From Candidatus Hydrogenedentota bacterium (GTDB lineage: Bacteria; Hydrogenedentota; Hydrogenedentia; Hydrogenedentales; JAEUWI01), in NCBI GenBank assembly GCA_034669905.1, contig JAXMOL010000066.1:1-40313 (forward strand): 40,313 nucleotides of DNA, read 5' to 3'. The notes beneath the pieces are model-generated. The model was not told where the DNA came from. It did no database searches and worked only from the letters and a program-made list of their open reading frames with translations. Position 1 is the first letter of the stretch. Each line of letters begins with the position of its first letter. The translations under genes were made by a program, and so were the position numbers. Shown here one piece after another: positions 1-10,729 of this stretch.

Positions 1-1
1 C

Positions 2-2449
2 TTCGCTGGCTACACCACGTACCGCATCCAGCGCCACTCCGATGGACGTGTAGGGGTCCGATTCGGTACCGCTTCCGGTGCCAGGCCCTTGTCGGACATA
101 GACCGTCTGCGCCCCTTCACCTTCACCTTCACCTTCACCTTCACCTTCACCTTCTCCTTCTCCTTCGCCTTCGCCTTCGCCTTCACCTTCACCTTCACCT
201 TCACCTTCACCTTCACCTTCACCTTCACCTTCGCCTTCGCCTTCACCTTCACCTTCACCTTCACCTTCACCTTCACCTTCACCTTCTCCTTCACCTTCTC
301 CTTCTCCTTCTCCTTCACCTTCTCCTTCTCCTTCTCCTTCTCCTTCACCTTCGCCTTCGCCTTCGCCTTCGCCTTCACCCGGACAATTATCACTCACCAT
401 TACGGTACGCGTCGCCATGGCCGTGTTGCCGCTTGCGTCACTGGCGGTATAGGTAATGTCATAGCTACCCGGAACCGTCGTATTTACGGTACCACTGACA
501 CTCACCGTGACCGCGCCGTCGACGGCATCGGTCGCAGTTGCACCGGGGTCGCCAAAGGTACCATTACCACAATCGACCGTATTGGCACCCGCCGTGTTAT
601 TCGTAATTGTTATCACCGGCGCGGTGTTGTCAATGACGACGGCACCACTCGTCACCGAACTGGCGAGTCCATTCCCGGAGGTGTCTTCCAAATCGGAAGC
701 CGTGTTGGCTGTCAACGTGAAAGAGCCATCTCCAGACACCCCGGTAACCGTAACGGTGTAGGAGGTCGGTCCCCCGGAAAAGCTGGCCCCCGTACTCGCC
801 GTTCCAGCATGATTGAGGGTCAGATCCGCCACGCTATCGAAGTTCAGCACATTCTCACTGAATACGACGGTGAACGATACAGCATCTGCACTGGTCGGCC
901 CGCTCGTGGATGGGGTGATCGTATCGGCTGTCGGGGCAATGGTATCGGGCAACAATTTCAATACGAAGAGATCCGTGGAGCCCACACTGCTGCGACTGGC
1001 AACGCCCGTCCCTGGGTCAAAGTCGACTGTGCTCTCGAAGGCCCCCGTTGCAAATACGCCGCCCGAAGCATCAACGGTCACACTCCGGGATTCATCGTTA
1101 CCCGTTCCGCCTACCGCACCGACCCAGGTGAAATTCCCTGCAGAATTCAGGTCGAGAACAAAGATATCCCTGCCGCCCGCGCTGACCATATTGCGGGTAT
1201 TGCCACTGGGATCAAAGTCTGCCGTACCGACAAAGAAACCGGTGACGTAGACACTGTCTGCGCCATCGACCGCCAGCCCCCCGGCGAACTCATCGTTTAC
1301 ACCGCCCACGTTGCGGGCCCAGAGGTAATCCCCATTGGTATCAAGTTTCAACACATAGACATCGCGACCGCCCGCACTGCTTAGTGAAGCAACGCCCGGT
1401 CCCGGATCAAAATCGACGGTACTGCGAAAATGGCCGGTGGCGTAAATATTCCCCAGACTATCGACCTCTACTTCATAGCTGTCGTCTGAACCGCCCCCCC
1501 CGAAACTTCTTGCCCAGACAAAGTTTCCCGCGCTGTCGAGTTTTTGAATATAGATATCGATGATACCGGCACTGGTCAGAGTCGTGTCGCCCGCACCGGG
1601 GTCGAAATCCACGGACCCCAGGAAATTTCCGGTGGTGTACACACCTCCGGACCCATCCACCGCAATGCTCCGGCCAGAGTCCTGGTCCCCACCGCCATAG
1701 ACCTGCACCCAGACAAAGTCTCCCGCGCTATCCAGCTTGTGCACGAAGATATCGGTCTCGAAGTCCCCACCGCCATCTGCGGTCTTGTTTGCCGTGCCCG
1801 CGCCCGGGTCAAAATCGACCGTACCGCTATAGGAACCGACGGAATACACGCTCCCATCACTGGCCACGGCCACGCCGAGGCCCACCGTAAAATCCGCCCC
1901 GCCCATCTTACGGGCCCACACGAAATTTCCGTCGGGGTCCAACTTCAATACAAAGGCATCGCCAAAGCCGCTCCCCGTCAGATTCGCCGTGCCCACGCCC
2001 GGGTCGAAATCGGGCGTTCCGCGGAAGCATCCGTTGAGGTAGACATTGCCGGCGGCATCCACATCAATGCCCCCCGTATCGAGGGACGTGCTGCCTGAAG
2101 GAATGCCAAAAGAGGCACTTGCCCCACCAATGGAAACGGCCCACAGATGATTGCCAGCACTGTCCAGTTTCTGCACCACCATGTCAAAGGACGTGCCAGT
2201 GCTCGTGAGATTGGCGGTTCCCGCGCCGGGATCGAAGTCTACCGTTCCTTGAAATGCGCCACGCATGAAGACATTGCCGTCGCTATCGACGGCCACGTTG
2301 GTGCCGTAGTCAATACTGGCTTCGCCAGCGGTGTTGGCAAAGGCGTAGAGGGGTTCTTGTGCACCCGCATGGGCGATCAGAAACAACGCCCCCAGGGCAA
2401 GCCAAGAGGCAATTCGTCGTGTTCCCAGGTGAAGAGTCCAATGGGGCAT
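2..2449 (-). CDS. Large secreted surface protein (3'-truncated by window edge): SBBP-type beta-propeller repeats, Ig-like domains, (GE)44 linker, start of a further extracellular domain
   Basis: Not in the ORF track because it has no stop in the window. Manual translation from ATG 2449 gives MPHWTLHLGTRRIASWLALGALFLIAHAGAQEP (signal peptide). About 7 repeats of 'VD..GNVY..G.F.GTVDFDPG.G...LTS.G..D.FV.KLD..GNF.WA' follow, then 'DTIAPT..' and 'DNTAPVITI..DPGATATDAVDG..PGSYDITYTASDASGN' (Ig-like, DUF5011-like), (GE)44, and 'VYVRQGPGTGSGTESDPYTSIGVALDAV'. Confidence 0.88.
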   Translation of the reverse strand, partial: MPHWTLHLGTRRIASWLALGALFLIAHAGAQEPLYAFANTAGEASIDYGTNVAVDSDGNVFMRGAFQGTVDFDPGAGTANLTSTGTSFDMVVQKLDSAGNHLWAVSIGGASASFGIPSGSTSLDTGGIDVDAAGNVYLNGCFRGTPDFDPGVGTANLTGSGFGDAFVLKLDPDGNFVWARKMGGADFTVGLGVAVASDGSVYSVGSYSGTVDFDPGAGTANKTADGGGDFETDIFVHKLDSAGDFVWVQVYGGGDQDSGRSIAVDGSGGVYTTGNFLGSVDFDPGAGDTTLTSAGIIDIYIQKLDSAGNFVWARSFGGGGSDDSYEVEVDSLGNIYATGHFRSTVDFDPGPGVASLSSAGGRDVYVLKLDTNGDYLWARNVGGVNDEFAGGLAVDGADSVYVTGFFVGTADFDPSGNTRNMVSAGGRDIFVLDLNSAGNFTWVGAVGGTGNDESRSVTVDASGGVFATGAFESTVDFDPGTGVASRSSVGSTDLFVLKLLPDTIAPTADTITPSTSGPTSADAVSFTVVFSENVLNFDSVADLTLNHAGTASTGASFSGGPTSYTVTVTGVSGDGSFTLTANTASDLEDTSGNGLASSVTSGAVVIDNTAPVITITNNTAGANTVDCGNGTFGDPGATATDAVDGAVTVSVSGTVNTTVPGSYDITYTASDASGNTAMATRTVMVSDNCPGEGEGEGEGEGEGEGEGEGEGEGEGEGEGEGEGEGEGEGEGEGEGEGEGEGEGEGEGEGEGEGEGEGEGEGEGEGEGEGEGEGEGEGEGAQTVYVRQGPGTGSGTESDPYTSIGVALDAVRGVASE
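113..379 (-). repeat. Hexanucleotide microsatellite GG(T/C/A)GAA encoding (GE)44G
   Basis: Uninterrupted ccttc(a/g/t) units on the + strand, in frame within the 2449 CDS. Confidence 0.97.
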
Positions 2450-2765
2450 AGCAGACCTTGCGGTTAGCGTCTCTGTTGGACGCCCTAATTGCGGATAGTG
2501 CAAAAACTCACCACGCAGGACACAATCCCGACGTGCTATACGCACTACACTGCCTGTCAATACTGAGTATACCCGATTTTCGGGCGTCTTGTTACACGGA
2601 GCGCGGGATCTGGAACGTCGGCGGCCCATCCCACTCTCTCTTTGGGACAGCATGATCCCACCCTTCTGCCAATCCTCTTGCGCTCCGGGTTTGAGAATCA
2701 CGCCGCCACCCGCTATGCTGAAGTTGTCCGTGTATAACGCCTGTCTAACGTCGGAGATGTTAATC

Positions 2766-3269
2766 ATGAAACGACTCCTCATCATTCGTCACGCAAAGTC
2801 GTCCTGGCTGGACGACGAACAGGCCGATCACGAACGCCCGCTGAATCATCGGGGAGAACGGGACGCACCCCGGATGGGTCGCTATATGGCCCACATGGGG
2901 GTACAACCCGAACGCATCCTATGCTCAACGGCGGCCCGTGCCCAGGCAACTGCCGCCCTCCTGATTGAAGGTGCCGGCTGGGATATCTCTATCTCGTTGC
3001 GGGAGTCCCTCTATCTGGCTTCCCCCCATGAGATCATTACGGAGCTGGCAACTACGCCCGAGGCCATTCACACCATCGCGGTTGTTGGACACAACCCTGG
3101 CGTTTCGGAGTTGGTCGCGACCTTGACGGATAGCCAGGAACCCATGGTTACCTGTGCCGTCGCCGAACTGGAACTGGACATCGACACCTGGTCCCAGCTG
3201 AGTACGGAGCGCCGCCATCGCCTTCATCGTCATTGGTATCCCAAAGGGCTACCCGCTGACTTCGCGTAA
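2766..3269 (+). CDS. sixA: SixA-like phosphohistidine phosphatase (histidine phosphatase superfamily)
   Basis: MKRLLIIRHAKSSW...DHERPLNHRG, CSTAARAQAT, LYLAS and VVGHNPG motifs. GGAG RBS lies 9 nt before ATG 2766. Confidence 0.9.
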   Translation: MKRLLIIRHAKSSWLDDEQADHERPLNHRGERDAPRMGRYMAHMGVQPERILCSTAARAQATAALLIEGAGWDISISLRESLYLASPHEIITELATTPEAIHTIAVVGHNPGVSELVATLTDSQEPMVTCAVAELELDIDTWSQLSTERRHRLHRHWYPKGLPADFA

Positions 3270-3288
3270 AAACCCAGAGGGTCTCTCC

Positions 3289-4446
3289 ATGGCCACACCA
3301 TCGGTTACGGATCTCTATCGCCTTGATGATGAGTGGACGGCGGAACAGCACCTGATTATCGCCCAGGTTCGGCGCTATGTCGATACGGTGGTGCTCCCCT
3401 GCATTGGGGAACACCACCACCGGGAGACCTTTCCGGAGGAGATCGTTGAAGGGCTTCGGGCATTGGGACTGTTCGAATCCATTGCAGACGGCGAGATTGA
3501 TGCAAGCACCTATGGGCTGGTCAGTCGGGAACTCGAGCGTGGCAGTTCTGCGGTCCGCAGTATAGTGAGCGTGCAGGGCGCCCTGGTGATGGGAGCGATT
3601 CAGCAATTCGGAAGTGCCGCACAGCAGCGGGAGTGGCTTCCCCGCCTGGGGCGACTCGATGCCTGGGGATGCTTTGCCTTGACGGAGCCGGATTTCGGCA
3701 GCAATCCAGCCGGCATGGAGACACGGGCGGAGCGCACGGCAGGTGGATTCCGGCTCCACGGAGCCAAGACCTGGATTACCAACGGGGTGCGCGCAGATGT
3801 GGCGGTCGTGTGGGCGAAGCTCGAAGGGGCGGTGCAGGGATTCCTGGTGGAAACAAATCGTCCAGGATTCACGGCCCGCCCCATCAAAGGAAAGTGGAGT
3901 TTCCGCAGTAGTGAGACGGCCCAACTTTTCCTTGAGGCGGTCGACGTACCAAACGCTGCCCTCCTACCTGGGGCCACCTCGTTGGGTGCCGCCCTGAAGT
4001 GCCTGGCGGGCGCCCGCTACACCATTGCCTGGGGGGCGGTGGGGGCGGCCCGGGCGTGCCTTGAAGAAACTATCGCGTACCTGAAAGAACGGCCCCAGTT
4101 CAGTGGGCAGCCCCTCGCAAGTCACCAACTGATTCAATACAAACTCGCGTGGATGAACACCGAAATAGTCGGTATGGAACTCATCGCCCGTCGTCTCGGC
4201 GAGCTGCGGGAGCGGGGTCGCCTGGCGCCGGAACAGATCGCGCTTGCGAAAATGAACAACTGCCGGAAAGCCCTGGAAGTCGCCCGCACCTGCCGTGAAT
4301 TACTGGGCGCTAATGGGATTCACAGCGAATACCACGTGGGCCGCCGCATGGTCGACCTGGAAACGGTGCTCACCTACGAAGGTACCGAACACATTCATGC
4401 GCTCACCATTGGTGCCGCCCTGACGGGCATCAAGGCTTTCGGCTAA
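3289..4446 (+). CDS. Acyl-CoA dehydrogenase (glutaryl-CoA dehydrogenase-like)
   Basis: GCFALTEPDFGSNP, LHGAKTWITNG, RPQFSGQPLAS.QLIQ.KLA, LGANGI and TYEGTEHIH.L.IG motifs. Confidence 0.92.
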   Translation: MATPSVTDLYRLDDEWTAEQHLIIAQVRRYVDTVVLPCIGEHHHRETFPEEIVEGLRALGLFESIADGEIDASTYGLVSRELERGSSAVRSIVSVQGALVMGAIQQFGSAAQQREWLPRLGRLDAWGCFALTEPDFGSNPAGMETRAERTAGGFRLHGAKTWITNGVRADVAVVWAKLEGAVQGFLVETNRPGFTARPIKGKWSFRSSETAQLFLEAVDVPNAALLPGATSLGAALKCLAGARYTIAWGAVGAARACLEETIAYLKERPQFSGQPLASHQLIQYKLAWMNTEIVGMELIARRLGELRERGRLAPEQIALAKMNNCRKALEVARTCRELLGANGIHSEYHVGRRMVDLETVLTYEGTEHIHALTIGAALTGIKAFG

Positions 4447-4542
4447 GCACCTGGCGTACTTCCGAACGTTGTTTCCGGAGCCAACGGCACTCCCCTTCCC
4501 GCAGGTCAGTTAACCGTGTATCACTTCGCATTTCGGCCCTGG

Positions 4543-5454
4543 TCAGTCTTCCGACCCACAGCAACAATCCGACGTTCCCTTGAGGAGTAGGGCCTCGAAG
4601 GCACGGCGTCCGTCTTTACAGAAGAGGGCTTTTAATTGAACCGCGATTGAGTCTTCGAGCACGTTGGCCCGCTCGCTATAGTGGGATGCGATGAGGGGCC
4701 CACCCTGTGCAATATCGTAGGGAGCGGCATTTCCCAGTATGAGCACCATCTCCTCCAGAAGGCGGCACTCGTTCCACTCGCCCAGGGCACCTTGTACGTC
4801 CCGAAGCCGTTGTATGTAGATGTCCATCGGAGCGCCATAGAGCCCCCGATTGAATTCACAGGCATAGCGAAACTGCTTGATTGCAATCCGTACATCATGG
4901 AGGTCTTCGGCCTCCCCACTTCGCTTCCATAGCTTCCGCATGCCGCGCACCTCTTCCAGGGCATCCAGAAGGGTATCCTCCGACAATTCGAGCGCGCAGG
5001 GGCGACATCCATCCGGAAGCGTCAGGAGTCCCTCGACAGCCTCCTGGAACACCGGCTTCTCAAAACGGGCCAGGGCCTCGCCACACGCGCGGGCCTCGGT
5101 CTCCTGGCGTGCCACCAGCAGTGGCAGGATGTGGTCGAGAAAACGTTGCCAGATCCCTTCCGTCTCTTCACGGTGGTCGCGCAGCATGGCGATCATGACA
5201 TCGAGTTCACGACGACGTCCCAGGGCGCGCCCAATCCCACGAAGTTCCCGTTTCGCTACTTTTCGGGCCCGTTTCGGAAGGTACGGGCGAAAGATACGGA
5301 GGGCCATTCGCAGACGGCGGGAGGCCACCCGCATGTCGTGGATGGGCACCTCGGCGCAAGCACGCACGCCGTCCACGTTGTCGGTCATTTTCTTCATTTG
5401 GCTATTCACGGCATGGGATAAGAGCGTGCGCCCCATCTGACATTCCTGCGGCAT
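4543..5454 (-). CDS. CHAD domain protein (polyphosphate-binding family)
   Basis: IHDMRVASRRLRMAL, LGRRRELDV and LHDVRIAIKQFRY...QGALGEWNE are the paired H-x-x-R motifs typical of CHAD. Confidence 0.88.
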   Translation of the reverse strand: MPQECQMGRTLLSHAVNSQMKKMTDNVDGVRACAEVPIHDMRVASRRLRMALRIFRPYLPKRARKVAKRELRGIGRALGRRRELDVMIAMLRDHREETEGIWQRFLDHILPLLVARQETEARACGEALARFEKPVFQEAVEGLLTLPDGCRPCALELSEDTLLDALEEVRGMRKLWKRSGEAEDLHDVRIAIKQFRYACEFNRGLYGAPMDIYIQRLRDVQGALGEWNECRLLEEMVLILGNAAPYDIAQGGPLIASHYSERANVLEDSIAVQLKALFCKDGRRAFEALLLKGTSDCCCGSED

Positions 5455-5464
5455 GGGTACTTCC

Positions 5465-6604
5465 TCAGTGTGCGCGCAATTCCTGAATCACGCGGGGCAA
5501 TACGTTGAGAACCCGATCAATATCGGCTTCGGTGGTGGATATGCCTAAACTAAAACGTACGGCGGAAAGGGCTTCACCGTGGGTCTGGCCCATGGCACGG
5601 AGCACATGGGACGGATCGGCGACCCCGGCAGTACAGGCGGAACCGGTGGACACACAGATTTGTTCCGCGTCGAGGCCATAGAGCACCCCTTCCCCCTCGA
5701 CACCGGCAAACCCGAGATTCACAATATGGGGCAATCGGGGTACGTCTACGCCGTTGACCCAGCAATCGGAAATACGCGCGAGGATCCCCTCTTGCAGTCG
5801 CGCTCCGAGGCAGGCCAAACGTTGGCTCACCTCAGCCTGCCGACTTCGCACCAATTCACAGGCCTTGCCGAAGCCGACGATGCCGGCCACGTTCTCCGTG
5901 CCGGCCCGAAGCTTACGTTCCTGCCCGCCTCCGGTAATGAGGGGCTTCAACGGGGTACCGCGCCGAATGAAGAGGGCCCCCACGCCTTTGGGGCCACCCA
6001 GTTTGTGGGCCGATAAAGACAGGAGGGAGACGGGCCAGGTGGCCACGTCGATGGGAAGGTGGGCAGCGCTCTGCACGGCATCGGAATGAAACAGGATGCC
6101 CTGGTCATAACACCAATCTGCCACCTCGGCGACCGGCTGCAGCACCCCGGTCTCGTTATTACCATGCATAAGGGACACGAGGCGCGTGTTGTCGGGACAA
6201 GCGGCCTTCATGGCTTCGACTTCCGCCTGGCCCGCCGTGTCCACCACCATTTCGTGGACGGTTACCCCGTGTGCGGCGCAACGCTGCGCAGTGTGCAGTA
6301 TGGCGTGATGTTCCGTGGGCGAAGTGTAGAGGGTACCCGGTTGACCATCGAACACGCCGACCAATGCGAGGTTGTCGGATTCGGTGCCCCCCGACGTGAT
6401 ATGAATCTCTCGCGCCTCGGCACCGATGAGTGCGGCAATCTGCTCCCGGGCGTCCCTCACCGCCTGCCGTGCACGACGTCCGACCCGATGCAGGGAACCC
6501 GGATTTCCGTAGCCTTCCCTCAACCAGGGCATCATGGCATCCAGCACTTCAGGGTCAATCGGCGCGGTGGCCGCATGGTCGAGATAAATCAGCGTCTCTG
6601 CCAT
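5465..6604 (-). CDS. Cysteine desulfurase (IscS/NifS group, aminotransferase class V)
   Basis: IYLDHAATAP, GNPGSLH, TSGGTESDN, NNETG, HSDAVQ, SAHKLGGPKGVG, RAGTEN and the catalytic-Cys motif STGSACT. Confidence 0.95.
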   Translation of the reverse strand: MAETLIYLDHAATAPIDPEVLDAMMPWLREGYGNPGSLHRVGRRARQAVRDAREQIAALIGAEAREIHITSGGTESDNLALVGVFDGQPGTLYTSPTEHHAILHTAQRCAAHGVTVHEMVVDTAGQAEVEAMKAACPDNTRLVSLMHGNNETGVLQPVAEVADWCYDQGILFHSDAVQSAAHLPIDVATWPVSLLSLSAHKLGGPKGVGALFIRRGTPLKPLITGGGQERKLRAGTENVAGIVGFGKACELVRSRQAEVSQRLACLGARLQEGILARISDCWVNGVDVPRLPHIVNLGFAGVEGEGVLYGLDAEQICVSTGSACTAGVADPSHVLRAMGQTHGEALSAVRFSLGISTTEADIDRVLNVLPRVIQELRAH

Positions 6605-6648
6605 CGAATCAACTTCTACCCCGCCGCGCATCGGCCGTCACAAAGACT

Positions 6649-6843
6649 TCAGGGGTTGCCATCTTGGTCTTCCTGCTGCAGGGTTTCGTAGACAGCGATG
6701 GCGCGAATCAGGCTCCGCTCTGCCCGGGACTTGTCTTCCCCCTTGGAGCGATTCCAAATGCGTGCGGCTTCACAGACGCCCTGCATGGCATTAAGCCGGG
6801 CGGCATCGACGACATGAACCCCTTCTCGGGAGGACTGGGACAT
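6649..6843 (-). CDS. Small hypothetical protein (64 aa), first gene of the cysteine desulfurase-CHAD unit
   Basis: AAGGAAAGG RBS upstream of ATG 6843. MSQSSREGVHVVDAARLNAMQGVCEAARIW...YETLQQEDQDGNP is helical-looking and ends 44 nt before the desulfurase start. Confidence 0.6.
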   Translation of the reverse strand: MSQSSREGVHVVDAARLNAMQGVCEAARIWNRSKGEDKSRAERSLIRAIAVYETLQQEDQDGNP

Positions 6844-7004
6844 GGGATTGGAACCTTTCCTTCGTAATTTTCGGGCAGTATACGGGATAGCGCGGCCTGA
6901 TAAAAGTCCTTTTCTGGACGGGACTTCGCGGGCCATGACAGGAAGCACAGGCCCGAAGTACGGCCCAGTCCTCCGACTCCGCCATGCGCTGACCCCGCCG
7001 ACCA

Positions 7005-7013
7005 TGCTATGAT
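7005..7013 (+). promoter_or_regulatory. Putative extended -10 element (TGCTATGAT)
   Basis: TGn-TATGAT lies about 65 nt upstream of the DegT gene. The identical 9-mer recurs at 37471-37479 in another divergent intergenic region. Confidence 0.35.
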
Positions 7014-7077
7014 CGCGCGGTGTTTTCCCATCGTAGGGCAGCACATTGTACCCCGTTCCCTGATGAGGAGAAATTGT

Positions 7078-8214
<1,137 letters not shown>

Positions 8215-8293
8215 TTCCGTCGGGGGGACATGCCATTCTATTCGTAACCGATTGAGCTCTTGATACCATTTAAACCACCGTTGGAGACGCGCT

Positions 8294-10630
8294 GTGAAGT
8301 ACCTCGCCCCCCTGCTCCTGACATTCTGTTCCCTGATGACCCCGGCCTTTGCCGAGCGGCCCTGGGACTACGACCGAACGGTCCTGCTTCTACTTGACGA
8401 CTGGCGCTACGCGGCGCGCGACGGCGTGGAGCTTTCGCCCCCCGACTTAACGTGGCCCGAGCTTGCCCTGGTGGAGACGCCCTGGGCGGTGGAGCGCACC
8501 CGGCCTTTTGCCTGGTTCATGACAACGACCACCCTGCCGGAGGATTGGAACGATCAGGATATCTATCTCCATCTGGAAGGTACGGGGCCCATGAGCGTCT
8601 ATCTAGATGGCGCGCTGTTGGGCACGGCGGAGTCGACGGGCACGCACAACATGAAACTCCGGTTGCCTGCCGCTGCACAGGCGGGTAGCGACGTGGAAAT
8701 TCGCGTCGGTGTCGCCCAGTCCGGTGCCCCCTCCGAGCTCAATCGCGTGTGGCTTCAGGGTGAGCCGGCCCAACTCAGCCGCTCCCTCGATGACGCCAAT
8801 GCCATCTTCCAGGCCGTCGTCGACTATGCCGAACCCATCAACCCCTGGAAACGCAAAATCGCGGGACCGGATGGAGATGCCTTTAAGCTTGACTTCGACG
8901 ACAGCGATTGGGAGTTGGTGAAGGTTGGTGACCCCTGGCCCGGGGACGACGTGGTGGCCTGGTATCGGGCTACGCTTACTGTTCCGCAGGCCATACAAGG
9001 CATCGACACGTCGGAGTTCGGCACGTTGCTGGCCCTCGATTTCGACGACCCTGGCGTCTGCTACATCAATGGTGAAAAAGTGGACGAAGTCGAAAAAGAC
9101 TATCGCGGAAGCATTTTTGCCCTGCCCGAAGGCATCACGGGTGGGGACACCATTCACGTCGCCTGCCGCATCCGTAATCGCTGGGGCTCGGGCAAACTGC
9201 GTCAGGCCACCTGGCGCCTCCCCCAGGTTGATGAAGGGATCGCCTTAAAACGGGATCTGCAGGAGAAGCTCAACAGGCTCGCCACGACGATGCGTTCTCA
9301 TGACCAGCCGGCACCTGACTGGGCCCATCAAATCGATACCCTGATGGCCCCGCTCAAAGACGTGATGAAGGACCTGCCCACGCTGAGTGATAAATTTTAC
9401 GCGGCGGAAGAGGCCTACTACGCGCTGGAGGAACAGGTGCTGGCCGATCCGGTGCTCCTCATACAGCCCTATCTCCAGGACGTGCGCACCGACGCGATCA
9501 CGGTCTGCTTTGAAACAAGTGCCCCCATTCCCAGTGCGGTGCACTACAGCGACGGCACCACCGACTTCACCACGAAAGAAAACGAGAGCTACGAGACCAT
9601 CCACAAGATTACCTTGCCCAACCTGAAGCCCGGCACGACCTACACCTACCGCGTGGAGGCCGGACGACGTCACACCGTGGACTACCACTTCACGACGGCT
9701 CCCAGCGAAGCCGCGCCCTTCAACTTCCTCGTGTGGGGCGACAACCAGAGTGGCTATCGCATGTCGGAACGGGTCTGCAAAGCCATGGGCGCGACGGATG
9801 CCGACTTCGTCATGAGCGTGGGCGATGTTGTCGACACGGGCATCAACTGGGACGAGTGGACCTATCAGTACCTCGTACCCGCGCGCCATTTCCAAAGCAC
9901 GAAGCCGAGTTTCATCGCCATGGGTAATCACGAGTACCGCGGCTATGAAGGCAATCCCGACGTCCTCGCCTGGGAACACTATTTCAAGCACCCCATGACC
10001 TCACCGGGCAGCAACAAGTATTGGTATTCCTTCGACTACGGGAACGCCCACTTTGTCATCCTCGAGCCCCTGAAGATGAAATGGATGCCCCACGAAAACC
10101 CCGAATTGGGCAATACGATTGTACCCGATGATCCCCAGCTCATCTGGCTGGAACAGGATTTGAAAGCCAACCAGGGCAAGCACGATTGGACCTTTGTCTT
10201 TTACCACGAACCGGCCTTTTCCGAGACGTGGAGCGGCGGCTACCATGATGGGGAAGATTTCATCCGCAATGCGGTGGTGCCTATTCTGGAGCGCTATCGG
10301 GTGGACATGGTCTTCAATGGTCACACCCATGCCTATGAGCGTGGTCTCCCCCACCCCGATACAGAAGCGGGAAATTATACGACCTACATCGTAACGGGTG
10401 GCGGCGGTGGCGGTCTCGACAATCACAAGTACAAAGAGTGGGGCCGGGTTGACCTGCCAGACCATCCGGCCGTGGCGGATAGCGACACGCCGGATGAAGG
10501 CGAATACTATCGCCACCACTATTGCGACGTGGTGGTGGATGGTAAGACGGTTACGATGAAAGCACAGGAAGTCCTGCCCAATGGACGTCTTGGTGCGGTC
10601 ATCGACAGCTTCCGGTTAAAGAAAGAGTAG
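8294..10630 (+). CDS. Secreted metallophosphoesterase (purple-acid-phosphatase-like, FN3 plus calcineurin-like) with two N-terminal jelly-roll sugar-binding-like domains
   Basis: Signal peptide. GH2-type N-terminal motifs (FDDSDWELVKV, WYRATLTVP, YINGEKV). PYLQ..FN3 (HKITLPNLKPGTTYTYRV). Metallophos motifs GDNQ, GDVVD, GNHE, HEP and GHTHAYER. Confidence 0.85.
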   Translation: MKYLAPLLLTFCSLMTPAFAERPWDYDRTVLLLLDDWRYAARDGVELSPPDLTWPELALVETPWAVERTRPFAWFMTTTTLPEDWNDQDIYLHLEGTGPMSVYLDGALLGTAESTGTHNMKLRLPAAAQAGSDVEIRVGVAQSGAPSELNRVWLQGEPAQLSRSLDDANAIFQAVVDYAEPINPWKRKIAGPDGDAFKLDFDDSDWELVKVGDPWPGDDVVAWYRATLTVPQAIQGIDTSEFGTLLALDFDDPGVCYINGEKVDEVEKDYRGSIFALPEGITGGDTIHVACRIRNRWGSGKLRQATWRLPQVDEGIALKRDLQEKLNRLATTMRSHDQPAPDWAHQIDTLMAPLKDVMKDLPTLSDKFYAAEEAYYALEEQVLADPVLLIQPYLQDVRTDAITVCFETSAPIPSAVHYSDGTTDFTTKENESYETIHKITLPNLKPGTTYTYRVEAGRRHTVDYHFTTAPSEAAPFNFLVWGDNQSGYRMSERVCKAMGATDADFVMSVGDVVDTGINWDEWTYQYLVPARHFQSTKPSFIAMGNHEYRGYEGNPDVLAWEHYFKHPMTSPGSNKYWYSFDYGNAHFVILEPLKMKWMPHENPELGNTIVPDDPQLIWLEQDLKANQGKHDWTFVFYHEPAFSETWSGGYHDGEDFIRNAVVPILERYRVDMVFNGHTHAYERGLPHPDTEAGNYTTYIVTGGGGGGLDNHKYKEWGRVDLPDHPAVADSDTPDEGEYYRHHYCDVVVDGKTVTMKAQEVLPNGRLGAVIDSFRLKKE

Positions 10631-10682
10631 ACTCAGCAACTCGCTGCCTCAACATGGTGGCGAGATGGACTTCCTATTGTGA

Positions 10683-10711
10683 AACGGCCTGCCCTCATGG
10701 GGCAGGCCGTT
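10683..10711. terminator. Probable bidirectional terminator hairpin
   Basis: AACGGCCTGCCC-TCATG-GGGCAGGCCGTT forms a perfect 12-bp stem between two convergent genes. Confidence 0.75.
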
Positions 10712-10729
10712 GGCTTTCGCAGGGTCTGT

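Noticed and set aside
113..379. Repeat tracts as a CRISPR array or telomere-like repeat
   Set aside because: They are pure 6-nt tandem units without spacers, lie in frame inside CDSs, and no cas genes are present.
10..1384. Track ORFs with poly-(FT/FA/FS), (VK/AK/EK), (SP) or (LH/LR) repeats here and at 17902-21568
   Set aside because: These are alternative-frame and antisense readings of the (GE)n hexamer tracts. Only the GE frame is continuous with recognisable domains.
2535..2560. Sigma70 promoter for the 2449 gene (TTGACA...TATAGC on the minus strand)
   Set aside because: The spacer is only 14 nt, too short to call.
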